The position numbers were made by a program, and so were the translations under genes. The notes under the pieces were generated by a model. It was not told the origin of the DNA. It saw only the letters and a program-made list of their open reading frames with translations, and made no database searches. DNA of 32,000 nt from Zygophlyctis sp. KS116 (lineage: Eukaryota; Fungi; Chytridiomycota). This document shows positions 1 through 15,044 of this stretch, in pieces (positions within the stretch are counted from its first letter, which is position 1; each line of letters starts with the position of its first letter). The stretch is taken from positions 16,891-48,890 of the forward strand of contig BAAFSQ010000058.1 in NCBI GenBank assembly GCA_054661495.1, in the 5' to 3' direction.

Positions 1-3000
1 CTTGATCTTGAAGTGATTGAATCCGATCTTCTAAAAACTTTTTCGCTTTTAGAAGTTCCTTCTTCTGTGAAATTGATTCTTCTAGTTGATCACCCAAAGA
101 GTTTACTTCCTTCATAAGCAGCTTTCTAGTTTCATCGAGAATCTCATCTTTAGCAGCCAAATCCTCCTGCATTCTTTTCTTGGATTCTAAAAGTTCTTTT
201 TCAATAGAGCGCTTGGATTCTAAAACGGTACTCTTTTCTGTTTCGGATTCAAAAAGTTCTCGTTGAAGCTCTTCAATCTGGGTATTTAACTTCTTCTTCA
301 TTTTTTCTAGCTCATGTTGGCTTTTGCCATTTTCTCCGATCTCTTCTATTAAGCTTTTCAGCTCGGATTCCACATCATTCTTACTTTTTGTCAATAAGGA
401 CACTTGAAGAGTTTTTGTCATCAAGTCGCTTTGCAGAGTCTCCATATTTCCTTGGAGTATTCTAATTTGGGATTCTAAAGTTTCTCTCTTTTGAGTTTCT
501 GATTCGAGCGATCCGATTGTAGCTTTCAGCTGAGCCTCAAATTGTTTTGAAGCCCTTTCAGAAGTTCGCGATGAATTATGTTCACGCTCTACCTCTAATC
601 GATAATCTTCAATTTCCGCTACAAGCCTAGTTTTGGTTTTTTCAAAATTGGAGCAGTTTCTTTGAGATTCTTCCAATTTTAATGAGATCTCGACTATTTG
701 CTCTTCTAATTTTCGTTTGAATGAGTCAAATTCAATTCCCTTATTTATGACTTCGACGCTGTATTTCTCTCTGACCTTATCCAGCTCAGCTGTTTTTCCT
801 AGTAGCAGGTCTTCCAGTTTTACTTTTGAATCAGATATTTCATCAAGTTGACTTCTTAAATCTGTAACTTCAAGCGACAATTTTTTCTTTTGACTCTCAA
901 TGCAAGCTCGATTCCTGCCTTCTTCTTCAATTTCTCCTTGAAGATGATCTAACTGACGAATGTTGCTCTGCTTTTCTCGCTCCAAACGTGAATTGACTCC
1001 GTTAACTTCCTCTAATTTAGCCTGTAATTCCACAACATGCTTTTCAAAAATATCTCTCTGCTGTTTAATTTCAAGATATATAGTGTCCTGCCCCCCTGAT
1101 TTCATCTGAAGGCTTTGTATTTCGGCCTCCAGTTGACGCTTGCCCTTCTCCAGGCTGCACTTGAGTTCCTCTGTTTTCTCTAATTCATCTCGTAATTCAC
1201 CCAATCTGGATTCTAGGGAAAATTTAGAACTTTTTATTGCCTCAGCGTCTTGTGAGACTGCCTCCAGGTCCAATTTCAAATTTTCTATAATCTGCTCATT
1301 TGTTTTTCGTGAAATATCTAAACCATCTTCCAAATATGCTATCTGAGCTTTTAAATCACTTATTTCCGACTCTCTGAGACGACGGATTTCAGCATGCTTT
1401 GTTTCTTCATTCCCTTTCTCTTCCATTGTATTTTGCAATGACTGTAGCTCATCCTCCAATTTCTTCTTTTGTCTAGATAGCTTCTCCTTCTCATCTACGA
1501 GAGATTCGCAATCAGAATGATATCCGTTCAATTTAACTTGAAGTTCTCTCTTCAGACTCTCCAAATGAGTATTTTTTGACTCCTGCTCTTGAAATTGCTC
1601 GGTCAGTCGAGAGAATTCAGCACCATTTTTCTTAATAGTATTTTCATACTCATTATTTAATTTTTCGAGGGATGCGAGTTGCTGCAATACTTTGCTTAAT
1701 TCATTTTGGATTTGAGAAACTTTTGATTCCAATAGTGTGTTATTATTCTGATCACTTTCTAGCTGCTGCTCTAAATCAACAATTTTACTCTGTAATTTCG
1801 ATTTTGATTTGATCAATTCTCCCTCTCTATCATTAGAGTCTCGCATTTGCGATTGAATATCACTATAAGAGGTTTCTAAGGCTTTTTTGTCCTGTTCAAG
1901 TTTTTCTATTCTTAGATTTGCTGCATTTAGTTCTGCTTCAAGATCTTTAACTCTGCTTTCAAAGTTGAGCATATCTTTATGGGAAAAATCCAAGTCGGAA
2001 TTAAGCTTTTGAATGGTATTTTTCATATAGGATATCTCATCTTCCAGATTTTTCTTTATCTTGGATATAGAATCAAGCTGAAATTCTTTAGTATCTAGAT
2101 CGGCTCCGAGCTCTGCAAGCCTCTCATTCAAAGATATTTCTCTTGTCTGCGTCCTTGCCAAAATTTCCGCTTGATTAGCAGCCGCACTTTTCTCTACCAT
2201 TAACAAATCTTCCAGCTTTTTTCTTTCAGAGTCAATACCCGCAAAAGCATTTTCCAATTTCGCCCTCTCTTCTGCCTCTTTTGCGAACTTTTCTTGCCAT
2301 TCCTTACTGATTGCGTCAGATTTTCGAAGTTCTTCATCGGCCCGAGTAACATTTAAAAGTGGCTTGACTTTACTGTATAGTTTCCACCAAGGCCATTCTC
2401 GAAGGGTAACATAAATACGTGCGTTCTTTTGAATGATCCTAATAGCTCTGAATCGATCAATGATCTTTTTAAACTTTTTCCGGGCTAAAAATCCACGCAT
2501 TAACGATTGGATCCGTATGACAATTTGTGAAAGTTTTATATCACGACGATTTTCTAACTCAGCAAGCTACATATTAAGAGAATAAATAAATACCACTCCA
2601 GCTCTAAAGAACACCTTTGAAAAACCTAATCTATATTGATTTTGGTCAAGAGCCAGCGAATCTATCAAAATTTGAGAATTTTTTCTGCCATCCATGAATC
2701 CTTTTGGAATCGTTCCCGCAGCTAGTATTTCGTATCTCTGACGAAAATCAACAAAAAGGAGTCGATTAGGAAAACCAGCTCGGCATATTCGTATTCCCTC
2801 TAGTACACCGTTACATCGTAATTGATCCAAAATCAATAATGCATCAAATTTTCCGGCTTTTTTATCATTGTTAGGAATTATGCATCGTACAAAATGAGGC
2901 TGGGTAGAATATAATTGTGTCATCAAAGACATTAGTTGTTCTTTATGACGCTGACCCACTGTTCTAAAAGCACCCTTTTTAGTGACACTTTTAATTTTAG

Positions 3001-5069
3001 AAGAGTTATCATCTTGCTCCCCGACGTATTCACTAAATAAAGAGGATATATAAGTATCCGTTGATACAGCCAGTAATCGAGTAATATTTTCATTCAACGG
3101 ATCCTTATTCTTGTCAAGCCATCCATCGATCTTATATTCCACTTTTCCGGCGTAATGCTGCAAAATAAATCCGTCGTTAAATCTTGTTGTTTCATACTTG
3201 GGGCTTTTCCCCTTCCATAAGCCATTAAGTTTTTCAATAAATGTTTTGTCTGTAGCTTTTGGCATTACACATTCCTCGTCCAAAAGCGACATTATTCCAA
3301 TTGGCTTGTGTTAAAACAATTCTAGTCTTACCGAGGTTTTTTCGATCAAATCAATGGTTGGTTGGAGATCTAGCCCGAAATCAATAAATTTCCAATCAAT
3401 TCCTTCCTTCTTATATTCCTCCTGCTCAAGTACAAACATGTGATGGTTAAAAAACTGCTGAAGTTTCTCGTTAGTGTAATTAATGCAAAGTTGCTCAAAA
3501 CTATTCAGCTACAAATTAATTGATTAAAATATACCTCAAAAATTTCAAACCCAGCAATATCAAGAACTCCAATAAATGTTGACTTGTGAGATGGTGTATA
3601 AATTGACTGATTGATTCTCTCAACGAGCTCTCCAAACATGCGTTCATATAAGGATCGTGCCAATGCTTCAATAGAATAATATACTTGCTCCACAGTTCTG
3701 GCTTGAGTAACCCAATCTTTTCCTGCTTTGATTTTAGGCTTCAAAAGACTTCTTGTGAATTCAGCAAATGGAACACCAAGAACTTTGCAAAGCTTCTCTA
3801 CACTTGATTGTGCAGCTGCTGTAAGACGTGCAGTATCATCTCTCTCAGATTCAAAGGAGAGATTTCCTAAATGAAGAACTGCAGCGATAACTTTAAACAG
3901 TGACATTTGTTCCATTTCCGTAAACTGCATCACTCTAAGTGCATCCTGAAAATCAATTCATATATGTCTTCTTACCATCAATTGCTTAAAATCTAAAACA
4001 TCATCAACACCTTCAATATTCTTGTTTGAACTTTTAACAAATCGATATTCATCAAGATCAGTACTCAGTAAAAGAGATTCTGTATATAATTTTAATATTA
4101 TCGTTACCTCGCAAATTAGAATCAGCTCCTTTTAAAAGTTGATAAAAAATATGATAATTTCTTTCTTTTGATGTTTGATGAGTTACTCTCGACTTTTCTA
4201 AAAGATAGCGCTGAATATTTGCACCAGTGATTTGCCCTGAAGGATTAAACTCTATCCTAATAAATTTCCCCTAAATTTTAAGATCCAAAAATTACAAATC
4301 TAGAAGAGTTATTATTCCTAATAGTTTGTGCATTCCCAAAAGACTCTAAAATTGGATTCGCAATTAAAATTTGTTTTTCCAATGTCCCTGCATGCTTTGA
4401 TCCCGAGGATGTAGCTTGTGCTATTGACGCCAAATACTGTATTACTTTTTTAGTATTTTCTGTTTTCCCGGCACCTAAATATAAAATCAGATTGTTTACC
4501 TGATTCACCAGTAATTAATAGAGATTGATTTTCACGTCCATGCAACATATCATAATATGCAGAATCGGACACCGCAAAAATATGAGGTGGTTTTTCATTT
4601 CTTTTCTGTCCTTTATATGCTTTTATCATTTCATCAGTGTACAATGGTAATTTTTTGTAAGGATTAACAGCAACAAGAAAAAGGCCAGAGTATGTCTAGT
4701 CATCAATGTAAGAATATTCTTACATATATAAGATTAGAAGCATATCGAAGCCGTAAGTTATGTATCACTGACGCTTCATTTAGATGAGTCAAATCAGCCA
4801 TATCTTCGGTTCTATCAAACTTTGGGGGATTCATCTTTTCGGTATCATTAATATTCACATCGCGTTCCTGACATAAGTGCCATCTTTAATACCTCTCCCG
4901 AAACCAACTTAAGTCTTATTGTATCATCTTTTTCGGCTAGTACATATCCAGCCAGAAATCCTTCATGTTTATCAATCAACCATAACCATTTTTTTTCTGA
5001 CCATTGTGCTTGAGCCAATGCATCATTAACGACAGAGTATGGTAGAATTCGCTCTAAATATGGATTCAT
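1..5069 (-). CDS. myo2: Myosin II heavy chain (full-length type), 3' end beyond the window edge; 9 microintrons in the head, then a >2.5 kb uninterrupted coiled-coil exon
   Basis: Spliced translation gives [20 protein letters not shown]-loop [17 protein letters not shown], switch I NNNSSRFGK, switch [25 protein letters not shown] motif [26 protein letters not shown], then an E/K/L-rich coiled coil that appears open to position 1. ATG at 5069 (MNPYLER). Confidence 0.96.
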
Positions 5070-5152
5070 TGATTTAGACACCGCGAACGTTTAAAGGCGC
5101 GTGTACCTTATCTTCCGACTCAACAGAATGGGAAATCATATTAAAATCTAGT

Positions 5153-8216
<3,064 letters not shown>

Positions 8217-8254
8217 TTCCGGGAAATAATTCGGACTTTTGTAAACGGAAATTA

Positions 8255-8872
8255 ATGACGAAATCAGTTGCAATCACCAATACTATTACTGAAAATGTAA
8301 ATGTGGCTGCCAATGATACCAACAAGAATTCTAAAAATGACGATAACACAACATCTAGAAAATATCCTTCAATTGTAAAGAAAACTGCGTATGGGCATGG
8401 TCTGTTCACAACTACTTCTGTACCGGTAAGCAAAAACAAACTTATTACAGGCTAAAACTGTTGTAGAAAAATTCATTGGACCAGGTACTATTTATTAACT
8501 CAAATTAATAGATGTCCAATATGAAAATATCTCTGATTATGATAAATGCTATGTTTTAAATTATTGTTCGGATAACGAATGGAAATGGTAAATTGTATCT
8601 AATAATGTCAGGTGTCAGCCAGAAACAGATGCAAGATTTGCTAATCGTAAGTTTGTATTCAAATAATCAAAGACTCTTGTGATCCAAACTCTTTTATAAA
8701 TGATAATCTAGAAATAGTAACTCGTAAACCGTTGGGATCGGGCCAAGAAATTACTTTTGTCTATAATAATGGTAACGAATCAGACTATTGGGATCCTATA
8801 TGGAATTTTAAATGTTGTTGTGGGGCAAAGAATTGTCAAAGAGAGATTGATCGATATCGACCATTTGTTTAA
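8255..8872 (+). CDS. Small stand-alone SET + post-SET domain protein (putative lysine methyltransferase)
   Basis: With 4 microintrons removed it reads GHGLF...ARFANHSCDPN...GQEITFVY...FKCCCGAKNC: SET motifs plus a post-SET CxCxxxxC. Confidence 0.88.
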
Positions 8873-8893
8873 TAAGTGATTTTGTTTGTTTAC

Positions 8894-11278
8894 ATGAGTC
8901 TGATGGATATTATTACAATCACCAAACGATTAAAACAGCAGAAACAAGGACAAGTATCAAAGTTATTGCTAAAATCAGAAGCAGAAATTGAGCTTCTTGA
9001 GACAATAAAGGAATATATGTCTGTAAATGCATTAATTGAATTTTAGAAAAGATCAGAAATCGAAGGGAATTACTGCAAAGTAGGGATTTATTATTAATAG
9101 ATAGCAATTAGAGAAATTAAGTAAAGGGACTGCAGGTAGAAAGTTTAGAAAAGTATTTGGAGATTTACCGCCTTTGCCTTTAGCAGATCCTAATGGGCCT
9201 TCAAAGTAATCAAGGGATTTAAATTTTAGGATAGCATATAATACATTTGCTACTTTAGTAGGAGAATCAGAAAAACATGCCAGATCAAGGGGACATATGA
9301 GTGAGCAATTGGCAGAAACAGTTGTAAAGGCGATCAAGGAATTCAATAAAGAAAAGGGGATTATCTCAAAGAAATTGATTGAATTTGGGTTTAGTTATCA
9401 ACAAGAATTTATTGAAGCGTATGAAGAGTTAAACAAGGTTGGTTTGAATAGTTAAAATTAGGCAAAACAGAATTATGATAATCTCGCAAAAGAAACTGCA
9501 TCGTCAAAAGAAAAATATGAAAAAATGCTCAATAAGCCAAAAACAGCTTTGGGAACTCTAAAGGTATTAGTAACTGGAAAAGATGTTGAAGAGAGAAAGA
9601 AAAAATGGAAAAATAATTCAAGGAAATTAACGGATGCTAGAAATGAATATATTTTAATTCTTTCTGCTATTAATGCTATGCAAAATTCTTATTATGAAAA
9701 TGATTTACCAAATCTAATAAAGGTAAAGTCAGGAAAAATAAGAATATTAGAATTTAGATGGCGAATATTATCCAACAGTTACAAATATGCTTACAAAGTT
9801 TGTTCATCTTGAAGAGACATTTGGTGATGGACTACAATTTTCCATCAATTTGTTGAAGAACAAGATTCCAGAAATTACTAGAGAGCGTGATTTGAATGAT
9901 TTCCTAAAAGATTATGAAACCATTTTCGAAAGGCCATCGCAATTTTCCTTTGAAATTAATTCAGTTGATGATGTACGCTTTATTAGCATTCATAATTAGT
10001 CTAAAGAAGTCACAGTTGATGATGTTACAAAAGTTGTGCTTGGTCATAAACTAGGCGCCATGGTTGTTCAAGAAGAAGATATTTCGTCACAACTGTCAAT
10101 TAAAGAGAAAGAGCTGGACGCTTTAAAGCGTATGGCAGGAGTTTTTTCAGAGACGCCTTCTTTTGGAGATGCTACATCTACCGCACAGGTATACTTAAGT
10201 TTTATAATATTTTTAGCAAGAAAAAGAACTGATTACAGAAGTGGATCATCTCAAATTTAGACTTTCCAGACTTCGACCTAGAATTAAGATTCTACAGGAT
10301 TTGAAAGTGGAGCCAATTTTGCCTGAACTTCCAAATTCTAATGCTTTAGTAGGATCTAAAAAGCATCAAGAATTAAAAAAGGTCGCTGTTGCCCTCTACA
10401 GCTACACTGCCCAAAATGATGAAGAATTGAACGTTGCAGAAGGGGATGAATTAGAAATCGTTGAATCCGACAAAGAAGGATGGACCAGAGTCAAAAATTC
10501 TGCATACGGAGTCTCTGGTATAGTCCCCACGAATTATCTGAAAATTACAACTTCTTCACCAGTGAAGCAAATAAGTCATCTTGGAGATATGCCTCCGACT
10601 TTAAGTAGTGGCCCACAATACGTTGTCGCTGTATACGACTATGATGCTTCAGACGAAGGAGAAATTAGCTATAAGGCTGGAGATCAAATTGAGGTGATTG
10701 AAGCCGATAAGGCAGAAGAATGGTGGGAAGGTAAAGTCTCCCGCACAGGCGAGACTGGTTCATTCCAAATTCTATTCACTCAAGGCTGGGAAAGCGTACA
10801 AACAAAGGGCTTGAAGCCTTCTGGTGGTATTAAACGAGGAAACTCAAAATCTTCAAATACTGCCACTACTTATGAGAGGAAAGCCAGAGCTCTTTATGAT
10901 TATAATCCCGTTGGAAATGATGAAATAGCTTTGATGGAAAATGAAACCATTATTATCATTTCAAAAAATACAGGAAGTCCAGATTGGTGGGAAGGTGAAA
11001 ATAGTGCCCATAAAAGGGGTCAATTTCCAGCCAACTATGTAGAAGAATTATCTCCAGAATCCAAAAGCCTTCCTAGATCGATAACTAGCCAGGCTAAATC
11101 TCCTACTTTTGGAACAGCTAAAGCGCTTTACGACTATGTAGCTACAGTTGATGATGAGTTATCTATAAATGAAGGAGATATTATAAAATTGTTGGATATA
11201 TCAGATTCTGACTGGTGGAAGGGAGAATTAAATGGTCAAACAGGAACTTTCCCTGCAAATTATGTCGAAAAGGTATAA
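8894..11278 (+). CDS. F-BAR (FCH) domain protein with four C-terminal SH3 domains (FCHSD/Nwk- or Bzz1-like)
   Basis: N-terminus KLLLKSEAEIELLETIKEYMSKRSEIEGNYCKQLEKL is FCH-like. The last exon has four SH3 units (ALYSY/AVYDY/ALYDY/ALYDY...WW.G...G.FPANYV). Confidence 0.88.
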
Positions 11279-11286
11279 TTCAAAAG

Positions 11287-12408
11287 TTATGAAGGTTTTG
11301 TATCATCATTGATGTCATCAAATAAAACATCCCTTTTCTCTACTGGACCATATTCTGGTAAAACATTTGAGGGCTTCTTTTGAGATTTTGCCACAGAGTA
11401 AACTATTCCAGCAACAAAAGCTAATTATAAAAAAAGAAGAAAATTACCAATAAATATACTTACTACACCAGTGACAGTCACAACATCACCAAAAAACAAC
11501 ATACCAATAATTGCAATTGGCAACTTGTTTAGCGCTCCAACCATACTTTTAAATTAAAACTAAATAATTACCTATAAGTAGTAGAAGTTGACACTCTCAT
11601 AGACCAAGAAGTAGAAAAACTAATAGCAAAAGCCGAAACACTTGACAATAATATTCCAGCTCCAAGTCCCCATAAATAACCTTCATCTACAGGATCTAAA
11701 TAATCAGAGTAAAAAGCCATGTATTGAGATGATTCCGCAAAGATTGAACAAACAAATAGCACAGGAATACTTAACATACTAAAGAGATTAGATAAATTTC
11801 TAAATTACTTGTTGTAGTATACAGTATCAAAATCCTTAAACCCGACTGTAGCAATAACATTCTTCATAGACACCGCATAATAAGCAGTAGTTATACAATT
11901 TGAAACCATCCAAAAATAAGCTACAGTAATAGATGTATCATTTTTCACAACATTCCCAGAACTTATATCCCCAATAACCTGCAAGTAATGAAGAAAAAAC
12001 CATTAAACCAAAAGCCAACAACATTTTTGATGACACTGGAGGACCATTAAAGAAGTTTCTTTCGGAATAAGCAATTAAAATTATAGTTAAATTCTTGAAT
12101 ATTGTCACTAGAGGAATAGAAAGATATTGTAATGCCTTTGATCCAGTGTAAATCATTCCTACCAATGCCAATGACACTGGGAACCATGTCCTTGCAACAT
12201 TTGCATTCAGAGGCTTATGTGATAATAACTTCAATTTACTGCATCCAACCAACAAGATAACTGTAATGGCTGATTGTATTCCCAAGAGTAAAAAGTTGCA
12301 ATGAAATTTGTATGATGAAAGCACCAATTTATTTGTTATTGTCATTAAAAGCGAAGAAATACAATAAGAGGATAGAGCCATGGCTTGCTGATTAAATCTC
12401 ATACTCAT
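11287..12408 (-). CDS. VRG4: Golgi GDP-mannose transporter; apparent 1-nt frameshift near 11969-11975
   Basis: Motifs [31 protein letters not shown]...[20 protein letters not shown] and [12 protein letters not shown] (the GALNK motif). Confidence 0.9.
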
Positions 12409-12452
12409 TTTACGATACAAAAAATTCAACGCGTCTAGTCAGAAACGTCAAA

Positions 12453-14397
12453 ATGTTGTTTGTTTGGCTAATTGTGCCGTTAAATGTCTTGGGATTTTAT
12501 CTTCCAGGGGTGGCGCCCCATGATTACTCGGTTGGAGATAATGTACCGCTACTTGTAAACTCTCTCGGTGCTGTGGATGACTTGCTAAATTATGATTACT
12601 ATTATCCTTCATTTCATTTTTGTAAACCGAAAGGAGGAGAAGTTCCCCAACGTGAATCTTTGGGAAGTATTCTATTTGGAGATAGACTATACTCTTCACC
12701 TTTTACATTGTCTTTTTTAAAGAATACGACTTGTGCATCAGCGTGTGATCCAGTTAATATTCCTGCAGATGATGCACAATTTATTAATCAAAGAATTATG
12801 GAAAATTATATGCATAATTGGGAAGTGGATGGACTTCCGGCTGCTCAATATGAAGAAGAAACGGGTTTTTATTCTTCAGGATTTGATTTAGGGGCAGTTC
12901 TTGATGATTTAAGCTATTTAAATAATCATTTTGATATTTTGATTCATTATCATGCAAAAAGTGAATCTAGATTTAGAGTAGTAGGGGTATTGGTCGCTCC
13001 AAGAAGGTAAGAATTGGGTTTTTGTGTTTTAATTATTAGTGTTTTAAAGGAAGAACAGGATAAACAATGTTCTTTTGGATCTGAAATTCCTAAAATGAAA
13101 CTCAATACTCAAGGAGACTCGATAGTTAGCTTTACTTATTCTGTTTACTGGATTGAAGATCCAATTTCATGGGGGACTAGATGGGATCATTATCTTCATG
13201 TTTATGATCCTCAAATTCATTGGATTAGTATTGTAAACTCTATTGTGATTGTAATCATTTTATCTTCAATTCTTTTTGGTATTCTTATGAGAGCTTTGCG
13301 AAAGGATATTGCACGATATAATGCTGTTGATGGTTCAGAAGAAAATAATATGGAAGATTTTGGATGGAAATTAGTACACGCAGACGTATTTAGACCTCCT
13401 ACTCAAAGGTAATTAAGATTTTTTTGATTGGTAGGTTGCTATTATCTGTGTTTGTTGGTACTGGGACTCAACTTATTTGTATGAGTTTTGTAACATTATG
13501 TACGTAATTATTATGGATTTACTGATAGTCTTTGCTGTTATAGGACTATTATCACCTTCATCTAGAGGGGCTTTAGGAACAATGTCAGTGGTAATTTACG
13601 TCTTGTTCTCGAGTATTGCAGGTTATATGTCTTCTGGTCTCTACAAATCACTCAATGGAGAACATTGGAAGAAAAATATTTTAGCTACTGCAACACTTGT
13701 CCCTGGATTTTGCTTTTTAATTCTCTTGACTCTAAATGCCTTCTTAAACTACTCAAAATCATCTGCAGCTGTTCCTACGGGGACACTATTTGCCCTGATC
13801 AGCATGTGGTTTTTGATTTCAATCCCACTGTGTGTTTTTGGTAGTTATTGGGGATACAAGAAACCAAAAGTTGAAAATCCTGCTAAAACTAACCAAATCC
13901 CAAGACAGATTCCTCCATATCCTTTCTACCTGAATAAGTGGATTTCAGCACTTATTGGTGGACTATTACCATTTGGAGCCATTTTTGTAGAATTATACTT
14001 TATTCTCAACAGTTTGTGGTACCATCAGATATATTACATGTTTGGCTTTCTCTTTATTGTCTTTGTACTTTTGATTACAACCTGTTCTCTGATTTCTATA
14101 ATCATGTGCTATTTCCATCTTTGCGTTGAAGACTATAATTGGCAATGGAGATCATTCATGACTCCAGCCATGTCTGGATACTATGTATTTTTGTATTCTG
14201 TGCTAGTATTTAGCAAGAAACTACGTAATACTATTTTTTTTTAATCGCTAGATTTGGTAAATACCTCCTCTGCAGTTTTATTCTTTGGATGGTCCTTTGT
14301 TTTATCTGTCTTGTTTTCTTTACTGACTGGATCAGTTGGTTATATAGCAACAAGAATATTTGTGAGGAAGATTTTTGGTTCAATAAAGGTTGATTAA
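12453..14397 (+). CDS. Transmembrane 9 superfamily (Emp70/TMN, TM9SF2/4-like) protein
   Basis: Signal peptide then FYLPGVAP, ESLGSILFGDR, WGTRWDHYL, GWKLVHADVFRPP, NQIPRQIP and C-terminal IKVD*; 4 microintrons. Confidence 0.95.
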
Positions 14398-14429
14398 GTT
14401 GTTTCTTTTTCATCATCAAGCACTAGTAA

Positions 14430-14991
14430 ATGTCCAGTCCAGAAGAATTTATGATGATTGCTCTCTCTAAAGCCCAAGAAGCACTTGATCAAAAAGAAGT
14501 TCCAGTCGGTTGTGTTTTTGTAAATCAAGCTAAAGTTTTAGCAACCGGCATAAATCAAACCAATGTATCTTTAAATGTAAGATTTAATATTTTATAAATA
14601 GGGGACCAGACATGCAGAGATGGTTGCTATTGATAAGATTTTTGAGCAAATACCGTCTGATCAAACTATTTCAGAGTTTACAGCCTCTATTTTCCCTGAA
14701 ACTGATCTTTATGTCACTGTTGAACCTTGCATTATGTGTGCTGCTGCTTTAAGGCAACTAGGAATAAGAAGAGTTTACTTTGGATGTAGCAATGATCGCT
14801 TTGGAGGAAATGGTACAGTTTTCTCACTTCACTCTGATCATCATGCCAAATATCCACCATATGAAGTAGTCTCTGGACTTTTTCGTAAAGAAGCAATTAT
14901 TCTATTAAGATCGTTTTATATTCAGGAAAACGATCATGCCCCGATTCCAAAAAAGAAGAATAATCGGATATTGAAAACAGATAATATTTAA
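14430..14991 (+). CDS. TAD2: tRNA adenosine-34 deaminase catalytic subunit
   Basis: EVPVGCVFV...TRHAEMVAID...EPCIMC zinc deaminase motifs, NDRFGGNG and a C-terminal APIPK tail; one 25-nt intron. Confidence 0.92.
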
Positions 14992-15044
14992 TACAAACAC
15001 AAAGACTCCAAGAGATTGGAGTTAAGGAGCGCGTTTGTGCTAAA

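Noticed and set aside
1140-1346. 68-aa + strand ORF (and similar shadow ORFs at 5745, 8209, 8919, 9053, 12448, 14231, 14897, 25482, 28195)
   Set aside because: Antisense to well-supported genes, with no recognisable motifs.
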